Assembly: GCA_907165135.1 (NCBI GenBank)
Contig: OU015568.1
Location: 1,240,001-1,304,000, forward strand
Direction of reading: 5' to 3'
From: Oikopleura dioica
Taxonomy: Eukaryota > Animalia > Chordata
Length of the DNA: 64,000 bases
The notes under the pieces were generated by a model. That model saw nothing but the letters and a program-made list of their open reading frames with translations. It made no database searches and was not told where the DNA came from. Of the stretch, positions 10,701 to 20,916 are shown in pieces. Made by a program: the position numbers and the translations under genes. Within the stretch, counting starts at the first letter, position 1. Every line of letters begins with the position of its first letter.

Positions 10701-12743
10701 GCTGCCGAATGTTCCTCCTCTCGCTACTTTTATCCTGACTTTTGCTTCGATGATTCCTGCTCTTTTCAAGCTCTGGAATAAGCCAGAGAAGAAGACGTGG
10801 ATTCTATCCTTTTGCTCAATCGCTCTATCCAGGTTTGAAATCTCTACAAAGCTTCTTCTATTTTTCTTAGCTTTTTATTCGGCTGGCATGTGCACGAAAA
10901 GGCAATTCTTCTAGCGCTCGTGCCTGCAAGTGGGCTGATGCTTCTGGAGAAAAATCTCTTCAGAATTTTCGGGATATTGATGGTCGCTGGTGTTTCCGGT
11001 GTTTTGCCCTTGATTTACACTGAATTTGAACAGGTAGGGAAAGAAATTTGACAGCTCTAGAACTCTATTTAAGTCGATTGTGATCCCGATTTTCATCCTC
11101 TACTTGCTGACGACATTGTTGTTCTTTCAAGCTGACTATCAAAAGTAAGCTCAGAATGAGTTTTTCTTACTCAATTGTCTGATAAGGATGCATCTCCTGG
11201 AAAAGCTCTACATCATCAGTTCCGTCCCAACCGTCGCTTTCGTGCAAATCTGGTCCAAACTTCTGCTTCCTTCTCTGCCATTTCTCCCGCTTCTAATTCA
11301 ATCTCTTTACACCGCTCTTGGGGTTCACTACTCCTTCATTCTCATCAACCTAGAACTATTTTCTGTAGACGTCAAAAAGCTTCAATAGAACTCTTAAAAA
11401 ACTAAATCATGAGCCAACAATAAGAGCTGGGGATTAATTTCGTCGATTGAAAATGTCACGGCAAGTGGAGACAGGTTCTTTGGGTCGAATTGGGCCACAC
11501 AAAGAAATCATCATCAGGACGGAAACGAGCAGATTCTCGGCTTCATTACTGTAAGTTTCAAGTTGAAATAGAATGAATTGACGATTTTTTCTAGCAATTT
11601 TTCGGCGACCAACCTTGGATAAAAAATCAATCAGAAGATGCCTTCTGGAACTTTGTCTATCTATCACAAACTGTTCAAAGCATCTGTACATCGTCTCAGG
11701 CGAACTTCTACCGCTCCAGAGCTGGGCTAAAAGGAACCATGGGCGCGCTGTACTGGCAGCTAAATGATGTCTGGCCGACGGTTTCGTGGAGCTCCCTCGA
11801 TCATTCGAAAAACTGGAAGCCGCTGCATCACCAAATCAAGAAAAGTTTCAACTCTGATTTATCCCTTATCACAAACGTCAACGAAAACGATCAGCTGGAA
11901 ATCTATGCTGTTTCTGACAACGAGGCAAAGAGGGGAAGACTGAAAGTGCAGACGAGATCTTGGACGAGTTTCGAAGTTTCGGGCGAAGAAGATCTTGGCG
12001 AATTCGAACTGAAAATGCTCGAGAGTAATTTGCTGGTGACCAAGAATGTCGGCTATCTTTTGAATAAGATGAACTGCCCTTATGGAAAATGGAATGAGTG
12101 CTTCTACACCGTCACTTTTGTAAGTTGCCTTTTCAAAAAAATCATTAATGTTTCCCTATTCCAAGAAAACTGATGAAGACAAGCTATTTTCAACCTGGCA
12201 ATCCTCCGTCCCAATCCGCGAAATTCATACATTCAATCATCTGAATGCCAGCATTTCCATCTCCTCTTGCGAAGAAAAAATTGACAAGAGTCTTCAGCTG
12301 ACACTAGAATCTGCTTTGCCACAGCCTTTCGTCTGGCTTGAAACGAAATTTCGAGGAAAGTGGGATGAGAACTTTTTGCTGATCACCGAAAAACTGACAT
12401 CTGTGACTTTCAAGCCAGCCGGGGTGGAGTCCATTTCTTGTGACGATTTCCTCAAGAATACGAAGATTTTCTACCCATCAAAGGTAAACCTTGCCCTCTG
12501 GTAGAACATCTCCTGAATTCTCAATTTCAGGTTCTTGTCGAGCCACCAAAGCCGTCTGAAACAAATCGTGCAAAACTCATCTTCGTTATATTTTCCATTC
12601 TCATCGCTGTTAGTTGTATTGCCTGTTGTTTCGCCTGCATGTGTTCGGGAGCGGGGAAAGAAAAAATCGAGCAATCCCGAAATTTGAAATTTGGAAAACT
12701 GCCTCCAAGAGTCGCAAATAGAAGAAAATATCGTCAACTGTAA
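7744..12743 (+). CDS. MANBA: Beta-mannosidase (GH2) with signal peptide and C-terminal transmembrane anchor
   Basis: [44 protein letters not shown]|SW (joined across 9455-11424) and [12 protein letters not shown]. Last exon 12531-12743 encodes a TM segment and ends YRQL-TAA. Confidence 0.93.
9539..11388 (+). CDS. ALG8: Dolichyl-P-Glc:Glc1Man9GlcNAc2-PP-Dol alpha-1,3-glucosyltransferase, nested in a MANBA intron
   Basis: [50 protein letters not shown] and [22 protein letters not shown] are ALG8 hallmark motifs. ATG 9539 follows TTTTAG; stop TAG at 11386-11388. Confidence 0.92.
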
Positions 12744-13096
12744 GAAACATCTGCATTATTTTATAAAAAAGCGAGCCATTTATCAACAAACAAATTGAAA
12801 GAAAAGTTACTGAAAAAATCATAATTATTCTCTTTCAACTTTCTTTTTATATTTTATCACACGTTTGCTCTTCAAGAATCATAATTTTTTAACAACTTAT
12901 AAGCAAAGTCCGAGACTGCGGTGTCTTTACATTCGCAGTCATCGGAACTTGCAACGTACCTAAATTACTTTTTTTAACCTCCTTTTAGAGTTTTTTCCTC
13001 GATTGGAGGCCGTTTCCAAAAAAAAATAGAAAGCATCCAACTCTCAAATTGATGTGAATTCTGTTTATAAGCAGTGTAAGCATGCTCAAGGGAAAT

Positions 13097-14935
13097 TTAC
13101 ATGGTAGAACACGAACATTTATTACAGCAGGCGCAGTTGTTACAGCAAGCTCCATCTTTACAATTGCAACAGCAACAACATTGAGAATCGTAGTCCTAAT
13201 AGAGTTAAATCGTAATTTCTCGAATCATTTTTAAAACGTACATTCGACCAAATAAGCTCGTTATTTCCCATAATCCAATACCTTCCATCTTTTTCTCCTT
13301 TTTTGTATCTTATTTCAAAGACAGGAACTGAGTCCAGTTGCTAGAAATACTCTCAAATCAGCAAGAAAACCAAACGTACATGGGCTTGTCGCCAGACTCG
13401 TCGATCAGGCCAGTTGGTCCGATGCTCGTGAACAAGTTTCGCCGAGTTTTCATTTACTGAATTTTCCCTAAAATTCTGGATCCAACCAACAGCACTGTTT
13501 GATTCTTGAAACAAACATGTTCCCGTGGCTTTCATAATTTCTTTATCCGGCAAGTCCGTTTCTTCATGAACAAAGTTGCTTTTCTCAGTTTCAAACTTTA
13601 CAACAAGCATGAAGAAGTGCTTTACTCTTCCCTCTCCTTCACACATGCTACATAATTTGCGCCCATCGCCATTGCAACTTCCACACCATCGTCTATCCCT
13701 GCCACTACCTTAATATTTGCAGTGATCAATCAAAAAAATTGTAAATTTACCGGATCTCCCACTTCCACGACAACTCGAGCACCTTAGTTTTTCCTCGGCC
13801 ATCGCATTTCGAGCAAATCTGTAGCAAATTACTGCGATCAGTTTAATCTTTGTAAAACTCACCTTAACATGCTCAGTATGAGGTATTTTCTCCTTTTCCT
13901 TCCCATTGCCTTTCCATTCGATTTCATCTTGACATTTCTCATCTTTCGGTTTCTTCATTTCTGGCCTATCTATCTCGATTGCCCAAGGATCTGGTTGTGG
14001 ACCATTTTCAGGGCCATCGACAAAACCACCAGTGTAGTAGGGCTCATAAGACCATTCCGTGTACCTCAGTTCTGTCCAGCTCGTCAAACGATACTAAAGC
14101 TCGTGAAAAAATGTGCACTTGCATCAACTTACCTTGTACGCTGTCGAAGGCTCGACTGAAATAATTTTCATCTTGTTTATCGGCCCCTTTCCCCAGCAGC
14201 AGTTCTGATCAACATAGTCTTCAAGGCATTTGATTGCGATATTCTCATCCATCGTCAATTTTTCGGTAGACGCTTGTTATGTCCCCGAAGGTCCCGAATG
14301 TCCCCGAATGTCCCGAATGTCCCCGAATGTCCCCGAATGTCCCCAATGTCCCGAATGTCTCCGTCGGATCATGCAAAAATAGTGCAAAATAAGAACTCAA
14401 TAACAACTTTTTCGTCTCTAGAACGTTATTGTTTTGGCAAAATGTCAAAAAGAAGGAAGCGCTCCGCGCAATTTGTGGTAGAAAAATCATTGAATTTAGC
14501 AAAATCATCGTCTCTAGAACAAAATTGTTAAGAAAAAAATTCTTTTTTTCCCTATGAAAAGGTTTTTCTTTTTTTTTTGGCCTTTTTAAAAAAAAAGTCG
14601 GGGACATTGGGGACATTCGGGACATTCGGGGACATAACAAGGACGTTCCAATTTTTCACCCCAGGAGCTTGCATCGGGATGCTCTAACTCGCCAGCTGAT
14701 GGGCCGGAAGGAGGGACCGTATCTTAATGTACTCATAATTTTTCGTTTAAACATCTTAATATAATAATTTTGTATAAAAGGTAAGTTTACTTGTAGCCCA
14801 TTCATATGATGGCAGTTCAGCATCGTGCGGTAATAACGAGGGGTCTTGATTTTCCTCTGAATTCTCTTGGATAAACGGTTGATTCTGTTCATTATATTCC
14901 GGAAGCTGAGTGTCCGGTGAAGATGCAACACCCAT
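13097..14935 (-). CDS. SSUH2: SSUH2-like protein, copy A (CxxCxGxG zinc-finger repeats, Cys-rich C-terminus); carries a MITE in an exon
   Basis: QNCCWGKGP, WTELRYTEWSYEPYYTGGFVDGP, IPHTEHVK, CxxCxGxG repeats, ends DSQCCCCCNCKDGACCNNCACCNKCSCSTM-TAA. Start uncertain. Confidence 0.75.
14265..14648. mobile_element. 384-bp MITE with a 9-bp TSD (MULE-like) and inverted minisatellite arms
   Basis: TSD CAATTTTTC at 14256-14264 and 14649-14657. Inverted CTTGTTATGTCCCCGAA / TTCGGGGACATAACAAG, with (TGTCCCCGAA)n repeats on the left and their complements on the right. Confidence 0.8.
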
Positions 14936-15335
14936 TCTTGGCTTGTTTGGTGAAAGCGCGATTCAAGTAGCCTAGCAGAGGCGGGTAAGAATTGTATTTC
15001 CAAGATGACCTAATGTTGCTCTCTTATTTTCTTTGAGGTCAAGGCGGAGACAACGCGGTTTATTCAAATGTTGAATTTTTTATGACGAGAGTAGAGCTAG
15101 AACGTGCTTCTGAACGTGACTCTGATAGTGAAGGTGCATATCTTTTTGTTATCGGTGCTATAATCTCTTCTTACTCAAACTTTCAATAAAAAATATAACA
15201 AGTATTCGTGTTTTTAAAGAATCAAGCTTAAACAATTATTTATACGATCTTAAATATAGATTCTTCATTGAAATTGAAGAAGAAAGAATTTTTACGATTT
15301 TCTAATGTATTAGCAGTGTCAGTATATGAATGAAT

Positions 15336-16739
15336 TTACATGATGGCACAGGAACATTTATTGCAGCAGGCGCAGTTGTTACAGCAACCTCCATCTTTGC
15401 AATAGCAGCAGCAGCAACATTGAGCATCGTAGTCCTTAGAATCAAATTTTTTTCAATTAACTAATTAGGACTTACATCTGACCAGATTAGTTCGTTATTT
15501 CCCATAATCCAGTACCGCCCATCTTTGTCCCCTTTTTTGTATCTTATTTCAAAGACCGGCACCGAGTCGAGTTGCTATTAAAATATTTTTAACTAATTAA
15601 GAAAGCTTATTAATAATATACATGAGCTTGTCGCCAGACTCGACGATCCGGCCATTTCGTCCGATGTTCGTGAACGAGTTTTGCGGAATTGTCGTTCACA
15701 GAATTGACTCTAAAATTCTGGATCCATCCGACAGCAAAGTTCGACTCTTGAAAAAGACAAGTTCCCGTCGCTTTCATGATTTCCTCATCAGGCAAGTCCG
15801 TTTCTTCATGAATAAAGTGGTCTTTTTCTGTTTCAAAATTGACAATAAGCATGAGAAAGTGTTTCAGTCGGCCTGTTCCGTGACAAGTCGTGCATCTCCG
15901 GCGGCCACTACCATGACAAGTTGAGCATCTTCGCTTATTATCGCCAACGCCGCTTTCTCCACTTCCATGACACATTGAGCATCTTATTCTTCCTCTTCCG
16001 TGGCAATGCCAACAAATCTGAAACAGATAAAAATCGTCCATTCTATTGAATACCGACCTTAACATGCTCAGTGTGTGGTATCTTCCTTTTTTCTTTGCCT
16101 TTTCCTTCCCATTCGACTTCATCTTGACTTTTCTCATCTTTCGGTTTCTCCAATTGCGGTCTCGGAATTTCGATTGACCAAGGATCTGGCTGCGGTCCAT
16201 TTTCAGGACCGTCGACAAAACTGCCCCAGTGATAGGGCTCATGTGCCCATTCCGTGTATCTCTTCTCCGTCCAGCTGGTCAGTCGATACTAGAGTGAATA
16301 GAAAATCATTCTAATTCTTCAATATGCTACCTTGAAAGCCATAGAAGGCTCGACAGAAATAATCTTCATCTTCTTCATCGGCCCTTTTCCCCAGCAGCAG
16401 TTCTCGTCAATATAATCTTCAAGGCACTGAATCGCGGTATTTTCATCCATCGTAAATTTCTCATCCCAGGAGCTTGCGTCTGGATGTTCTAACTCGCCAG
16501 CTAAGGGAGCAGAAGGAGGCACCATATCTAATTTTGATGATTATTTTGTAAATCATATTTTAATACAATATAGTTGAATTAAAGAAAGCTTTACTTGTAG
16601 CCCACTCATAAGAAGGCAACTCAGCATCGTGTGGTAAATGCGACGGGTCGTGATTCTCCTCTGGTTTCTCTGGGATAAATTGTTGATTTTGCCCATCGAA
16701 TTCCGGAAGCGGATAGCCAGGCAGAGGAGGGGCACTCAT
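15336..16739 (-). CDS. SSUH2: SSUH2-like protein, copy B
   Basis: DENCCWGKGP, CWHCHGRGRIRCSMCHGSG...CSTCHGSGRRRCTTCHGTG, ends DAQCCCCCYCKDGGCCNNCACCNKCSCAIM-TAA. Colinear with copy A; start uncertain (16739 or further upstream). Confidence 0.8.
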
Positions 16740-17178
16740 TCCTGGATTATTTGGTGGAGGATATGGATAAGGCGGTGCCGATTGGTCTGAGGATGATGAA
16801 GATTGAGTTGAACCTCCCTAATTTAATGAGTATTGATTTTCTCTTCAAATTTCCTGAGTTAGCAAAAGCAGGGTTCACGTAGCCTGGTTGAGGCGGGAAA
16901 GATCAATATTTTTCGTCTGGGCGCCCCATTGTTTTTTCTCTTATTTCGTTTAGGTCAAACCAGAGACGAGGCGGTTAATTCAAATGACAAAAAATGAAAG
17001 CAGAATGAAATTACTTCTGAACGCGTCTCTAAGAATCAATATTTATATTTCGCACATTCACTGAAGCTTGAACTTTTGTCTCCTTCGTTCTGCCAAAGAT
17101 CGTAAAAGGGAGCTTATGATCTAGAAAAAAAAAGTTTTGACACTGTTGATCTTATGTTTTATTGCTGGTTTTTCATCT

Positions 17179-18817
17179 TCATCTTGAGATTATACAAATG
17201 AAAATTGTGCATGAAACAGAAATAAAGCCGGAAAGAATAAAAAATACAGCAATAATAAGCCTTCGATCGAGTTTCAGAAAGACGCCCATTCCAGTATTTT
17301 CTTCAAAAGAACGGAGAGTTAGCTCAGGAGGTCTCTTATAAGGCATTATCCTGAATTTTTCAATTTCTGGATATTCTTCGATGACCTAAAACTTCCTTAA
17401 TCAAAGAGTTAAGTTATCCCTTTGGACCTTCATGCACATTGTGTACGCTTGAGTTAACTTAGTCGTCGATCTTAGTTTGTTATCTTTGCCTCGAACTGTG
17501 TACTATCGCAAGGTAAAATAAGCCTTTTTTGAAATTTATAATTTTAGACTTATTTTACTCCTCCTTGTATGGGAAACCATAGCGTCTTTTAGCCTCTGGA
17601 ATATAATGTTCAAAACTAAGTTGCAGCCATGTTCTTGCGAGATTTTCTTCCGGAAGATCCTCCTTGAACAGTAGTCGCTTAGAACACGAATGTAATCATG
17701 AAGCTTGATTATTTCCTACTGGTCCGCCGAGCAGCTCAGCTGCTGTGAAATCTCCCATTGGACTTGACTCTAGCTCCCAAATATTAATATCTTTTTGGTA
17801 CCCATTGAGCCATAAAATATCAACTGAAATTCTGGGAAGAATATATTCCTTGTAGTAAGCAGTATTCATCGTTGATGGGTGATGAAGCGTTGAATCTTCT
17901 GACTTGCATTGCGCCGCTGCGTCTCTGAACAAGATTTTAGTGATAAACAGAGTGTTTTCTTACAGTATTCTTCGAGGAGAGCGGTTCAAAATCCAACGAA
18001 ACTCATGAGAATTAATATTTATTTCCTTCAAGCTAGACTCAGTCAAGATATGATCATCATAAATAAAATCCCCATAAAGCTCAATAAAAGTCTTGTTCAA
18101 AAAAGTCTTGAGGGCAAAATCTCTATTATCATCCTCGCAGAGAAAACTCCCAATCGTTCGGTTGTCGCAAATATTGAAAAGCAAGGCATCAGAGTATTCC
18201 GTGTATTCACGCATAAGGCACAGTCCAAAGTCTTCTCTAAAATGAAGATGTTTTTTTGTAATTAAGATTTTTAACCTTGGAAGCGGATGATGCTGGGTGT
18301 CCATTGAAAAGCCGTCTGAGGAATCAAATCTTGAAGACCAGCTGATGTTAGGAGCAAGGTTATCATAATGAGTGAGCCAGTCATCTTTTCCACCAGGAAT
18401 TTCTGTCCGCGTGATTCCTGCAACCAAAAATGATCAGATTTCATTTTTTTCATGAAAAAATATGTACATAGGTAATGTTTTTACAAATAAGGAAAAATTA
18501 CCTGTATAAACTTCCCACTGAAAATTCTCTCCCTTTTGGTCTTTGAAAATAGCGATTGATTCATTCAAGTCCAACGGGTCTGGGAGTCTCATTCCCTTCT
18601 TGAAAGAAAAATTATGTTCGATTGTTTTTGGAAAATGTACCGATTTGCAAAGCTGATTTGCAGCATCTCGATGAAAGAAGTCACTGATGGGCCCCGTCAC
18701 AGGGAGATACAACTCAATATGTCGATATTGTGTTTTGACGGAGCGGAAGGGTATTTTCTCGAGGACGTGATCTTGCGCGCTATAAGTTTCAACAAGAAAA
18801 ATAAAGAAGAGGCGCAT
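17179..18817 (-). CDS. Type I membrane protein with signal peptide, a C-type-lectin-like segment and a C-terminal TM helix
   Basis: MRLFFIFLVETYSA signal-like start. FRDAAAQCKSEDSTL...DILWLNG resembles the CTLD pattern (A..C...L...W.G). TM LIIAVFFILSGFISVSCTIFICII then TGA. Domain call is by pattern only. Confidence 0.55.
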
Positions 18818-18945
18818 ATTATAGTAAGAACGAATATGAGAGTTGAATATCTCAAATCAAACCGTCACGGCTCTTGAACAACAACATTATTTTCAGTCGT
18901 GTATTCAGTACAAAATTCAACATGAATCAGCTTGTCGAAAATTAA

Positions 18946-19920
18946 GGACCCCCGTCAGCAATTTTCCTCAAAAAATCGAAAATTTCAAAACAGCCGTATT
19001 TTGGCTTCGTAGTGTGGGTGGAAGTTAAATACATCGTTAAAACTTGTTTGGAGGAATTAAACCCTAGCCGGCCAAAAATGATTTTCTTCGGGTACCGGTC
19101 AAAAGGCGCCAAATATGGCGCCGCACCGTTTTTTTAATAGAAAAAATCAATATTTTTTCTTCAAAACTTTTGATAAATATATCAAAAATCATTTTTATCA
19201 ATATAAGCATGGATTAATTTTAAAAATTCTAAGAAAATAATGAATCCGAAAAAAAATTCTCGCTAATGATCATTGACGAGAAAAAAGTCAAAAATTGATT
19301 TCGGTTGAAATAAACTAAATGATGTTTTTATCTGCTTGTTTTCCATATGAAAATCTTATTAGGGCATAAGAATGGAAAAATACTAGTTTTATAATATTTA
19401 TTTCGTGAAAAACTAATCGCCCCGCTGCCGGGAAAAAGCTCGGGTACCGGTCAAAGGACGCCATATATGGAGTACCTCCTGTTATTACCCGGCGCCATAT
19501 ATGGCGCCTTGAGTTTTCGAGAGAATATGGCTCTGCCAACATTTTGGTCAATCTGAAATGGGTTAAAACCCTACCATTCGAAAGGCGATCGAAAAAAGGT
19601 CCTCAAAGTTGATTTAAAAATAAATTTTTTCTTCAACTTTTGGAGTTAAATGCGATTAAATGACCCTTGATCCAAAATTGGAGTACCTTGACCGGCTAAG
19701 GTTAAGCAAATCGGGACTTTTTCGTCATTTTTCGCCAAAAAGTCCAATTTTCAAACGCGATTTTGAAGGTGAAGGAGTCGAGATAGAGTCTATCTGATAG
19801 ACCCCCAAAAAATGCAGCCTCAAAATCGTTTTTTTTTGACACGTAAAATCCATTTCCGGGGTCATAATTTTGAAATTCCGAAAATAAATTTTTCGAAAAA
19901 GTTCACGGGAGGGGGGGTCC
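18946..19920. mobile_element. TTAA-associated MITE (GGACCCCC...GGGGGTCC) apparently containing a nested piggyBac-like MITE (~19062-19701)
   Basis: TTAA-GGACCCCC at 18942 and GGGGGGGTCC-TTAC at 19911-19924. Inner CCCTAGCCGG (19062) and CCGGCTAAGG-TTAA (19692-19705). Internal repeated CGGGTACCGGTCAAA..CGCCA.ATATGG. Confidence 0.5.
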
Positions 19921-20151
19921 TTACATGATCAATTTCTTTACATAACTTTAATTCCACAATGATTCATTGTCAATGAAATCAAGAGATCTAGCGATGAAAT
20001 AGAAAGTCTGAAAAGTTGTCCTTTTGGTTAATTCTTCCTTGTCATCGTTCCTCGTTTCGCGGTGTTTTTACAACTTCTCCTCACTTGTAAACTCATGGTT
20101 GTAAAGAAAATATCCCTCATCGGCACATAAAAAGAGAAAAAAGTGACAATA

Positions 20152-20753
20152 ATGTCGCGACGCGTAAAAAGTATTGTGGAACCTGAACTGCCGGAAAAAG
20201 AAGAGCCAGAAGAAGAAAAGCCTGAAGAGAAGAAGAAGAGTGCCAGGGTTGCTCAGAAGATAAGAACTTTGAACTCACAAGCGTTGAATTCTGCCTTGCT
20301 CGTTGGAAATTTCATAACATTAAAGTAGGCACTAGAATTTTTTTGTAAAAAAAATATTATTTCAGAAATGAAATTGAGAAGCTTGAGTACTGCGATGCTT
20401 ACTGTCCGGATCAGTTTCATCAAGAATGCTACGACGCCCTTGAAGGCAAAGGTCTGATTTCGAACAACTTGTCTACTAGACATTTTATAATTTCAGCGCG
20501 GCTAAAAACCTATTGTCTTCGATACCCAATCCACTTTAAAATCGCGCTTTCAAGCATCAGCATCCTCCTTCAAGCCATTTACGGGATGATGGACATTTCG
20601 TTGATGGTTGAAAAGCGACAGGATGAAAACGCTGGACTTAATGAAGACGAGATGGAGGAGAAAATGCAGAACAGGACTACTTATACTTACTGCATCGGAA
20701 CAATTGGGTTGTTCATTTCTGTAGTAAACTATCTTTTGACTGCTTTTGAATAA
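20152..20753 (+). CDS. NINJ: Ninjurin-family membrane protein with a Cys-containing loop insertion (3 exons)
   Basis: Spliced protein aligns by eye to ninjurin: SALLVGNFITLKNEI (ALLMANASQLKAVV), ALSSISILLQAIYGMM (LISISLVLQIGVGVL), LFISVVNYLLTAFE (FIIVVVNIFITAFG). Both introns are GT-AG and in frame. Confidence 0.75.
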
Positions 20754-20916
20754 ATATTCTGCTGGACGAATGAAATAGTTTTCACCGAAAAATGCAAAAT
20801 CGACAGAATACATTCTGTCTGGAAAGATCCTCGAATGAACGCGCAGCTCTAAATAGCTAATTTCGCATCTAAAAGCAAACAAAAAGAGAAATCGAAACGT
20901 CCCTTAAAATGTACTG

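Noticed and set aside
14245-14640. ORFs of repeated MSPMSRMSP / GTFGDI peptides
   Set aside because: Translations of the MITE minisatellite arms.
16903-16929. In-frame TGA after ATG 16929 in SSUH2 copy B (selenocysteine or readthrough?)
   Set aside because: The ATG is ATT in copy A, I saw no SECIS evidence, and a downstream ATG (16739) is available. More likely a uORF or decayed 5' exon.
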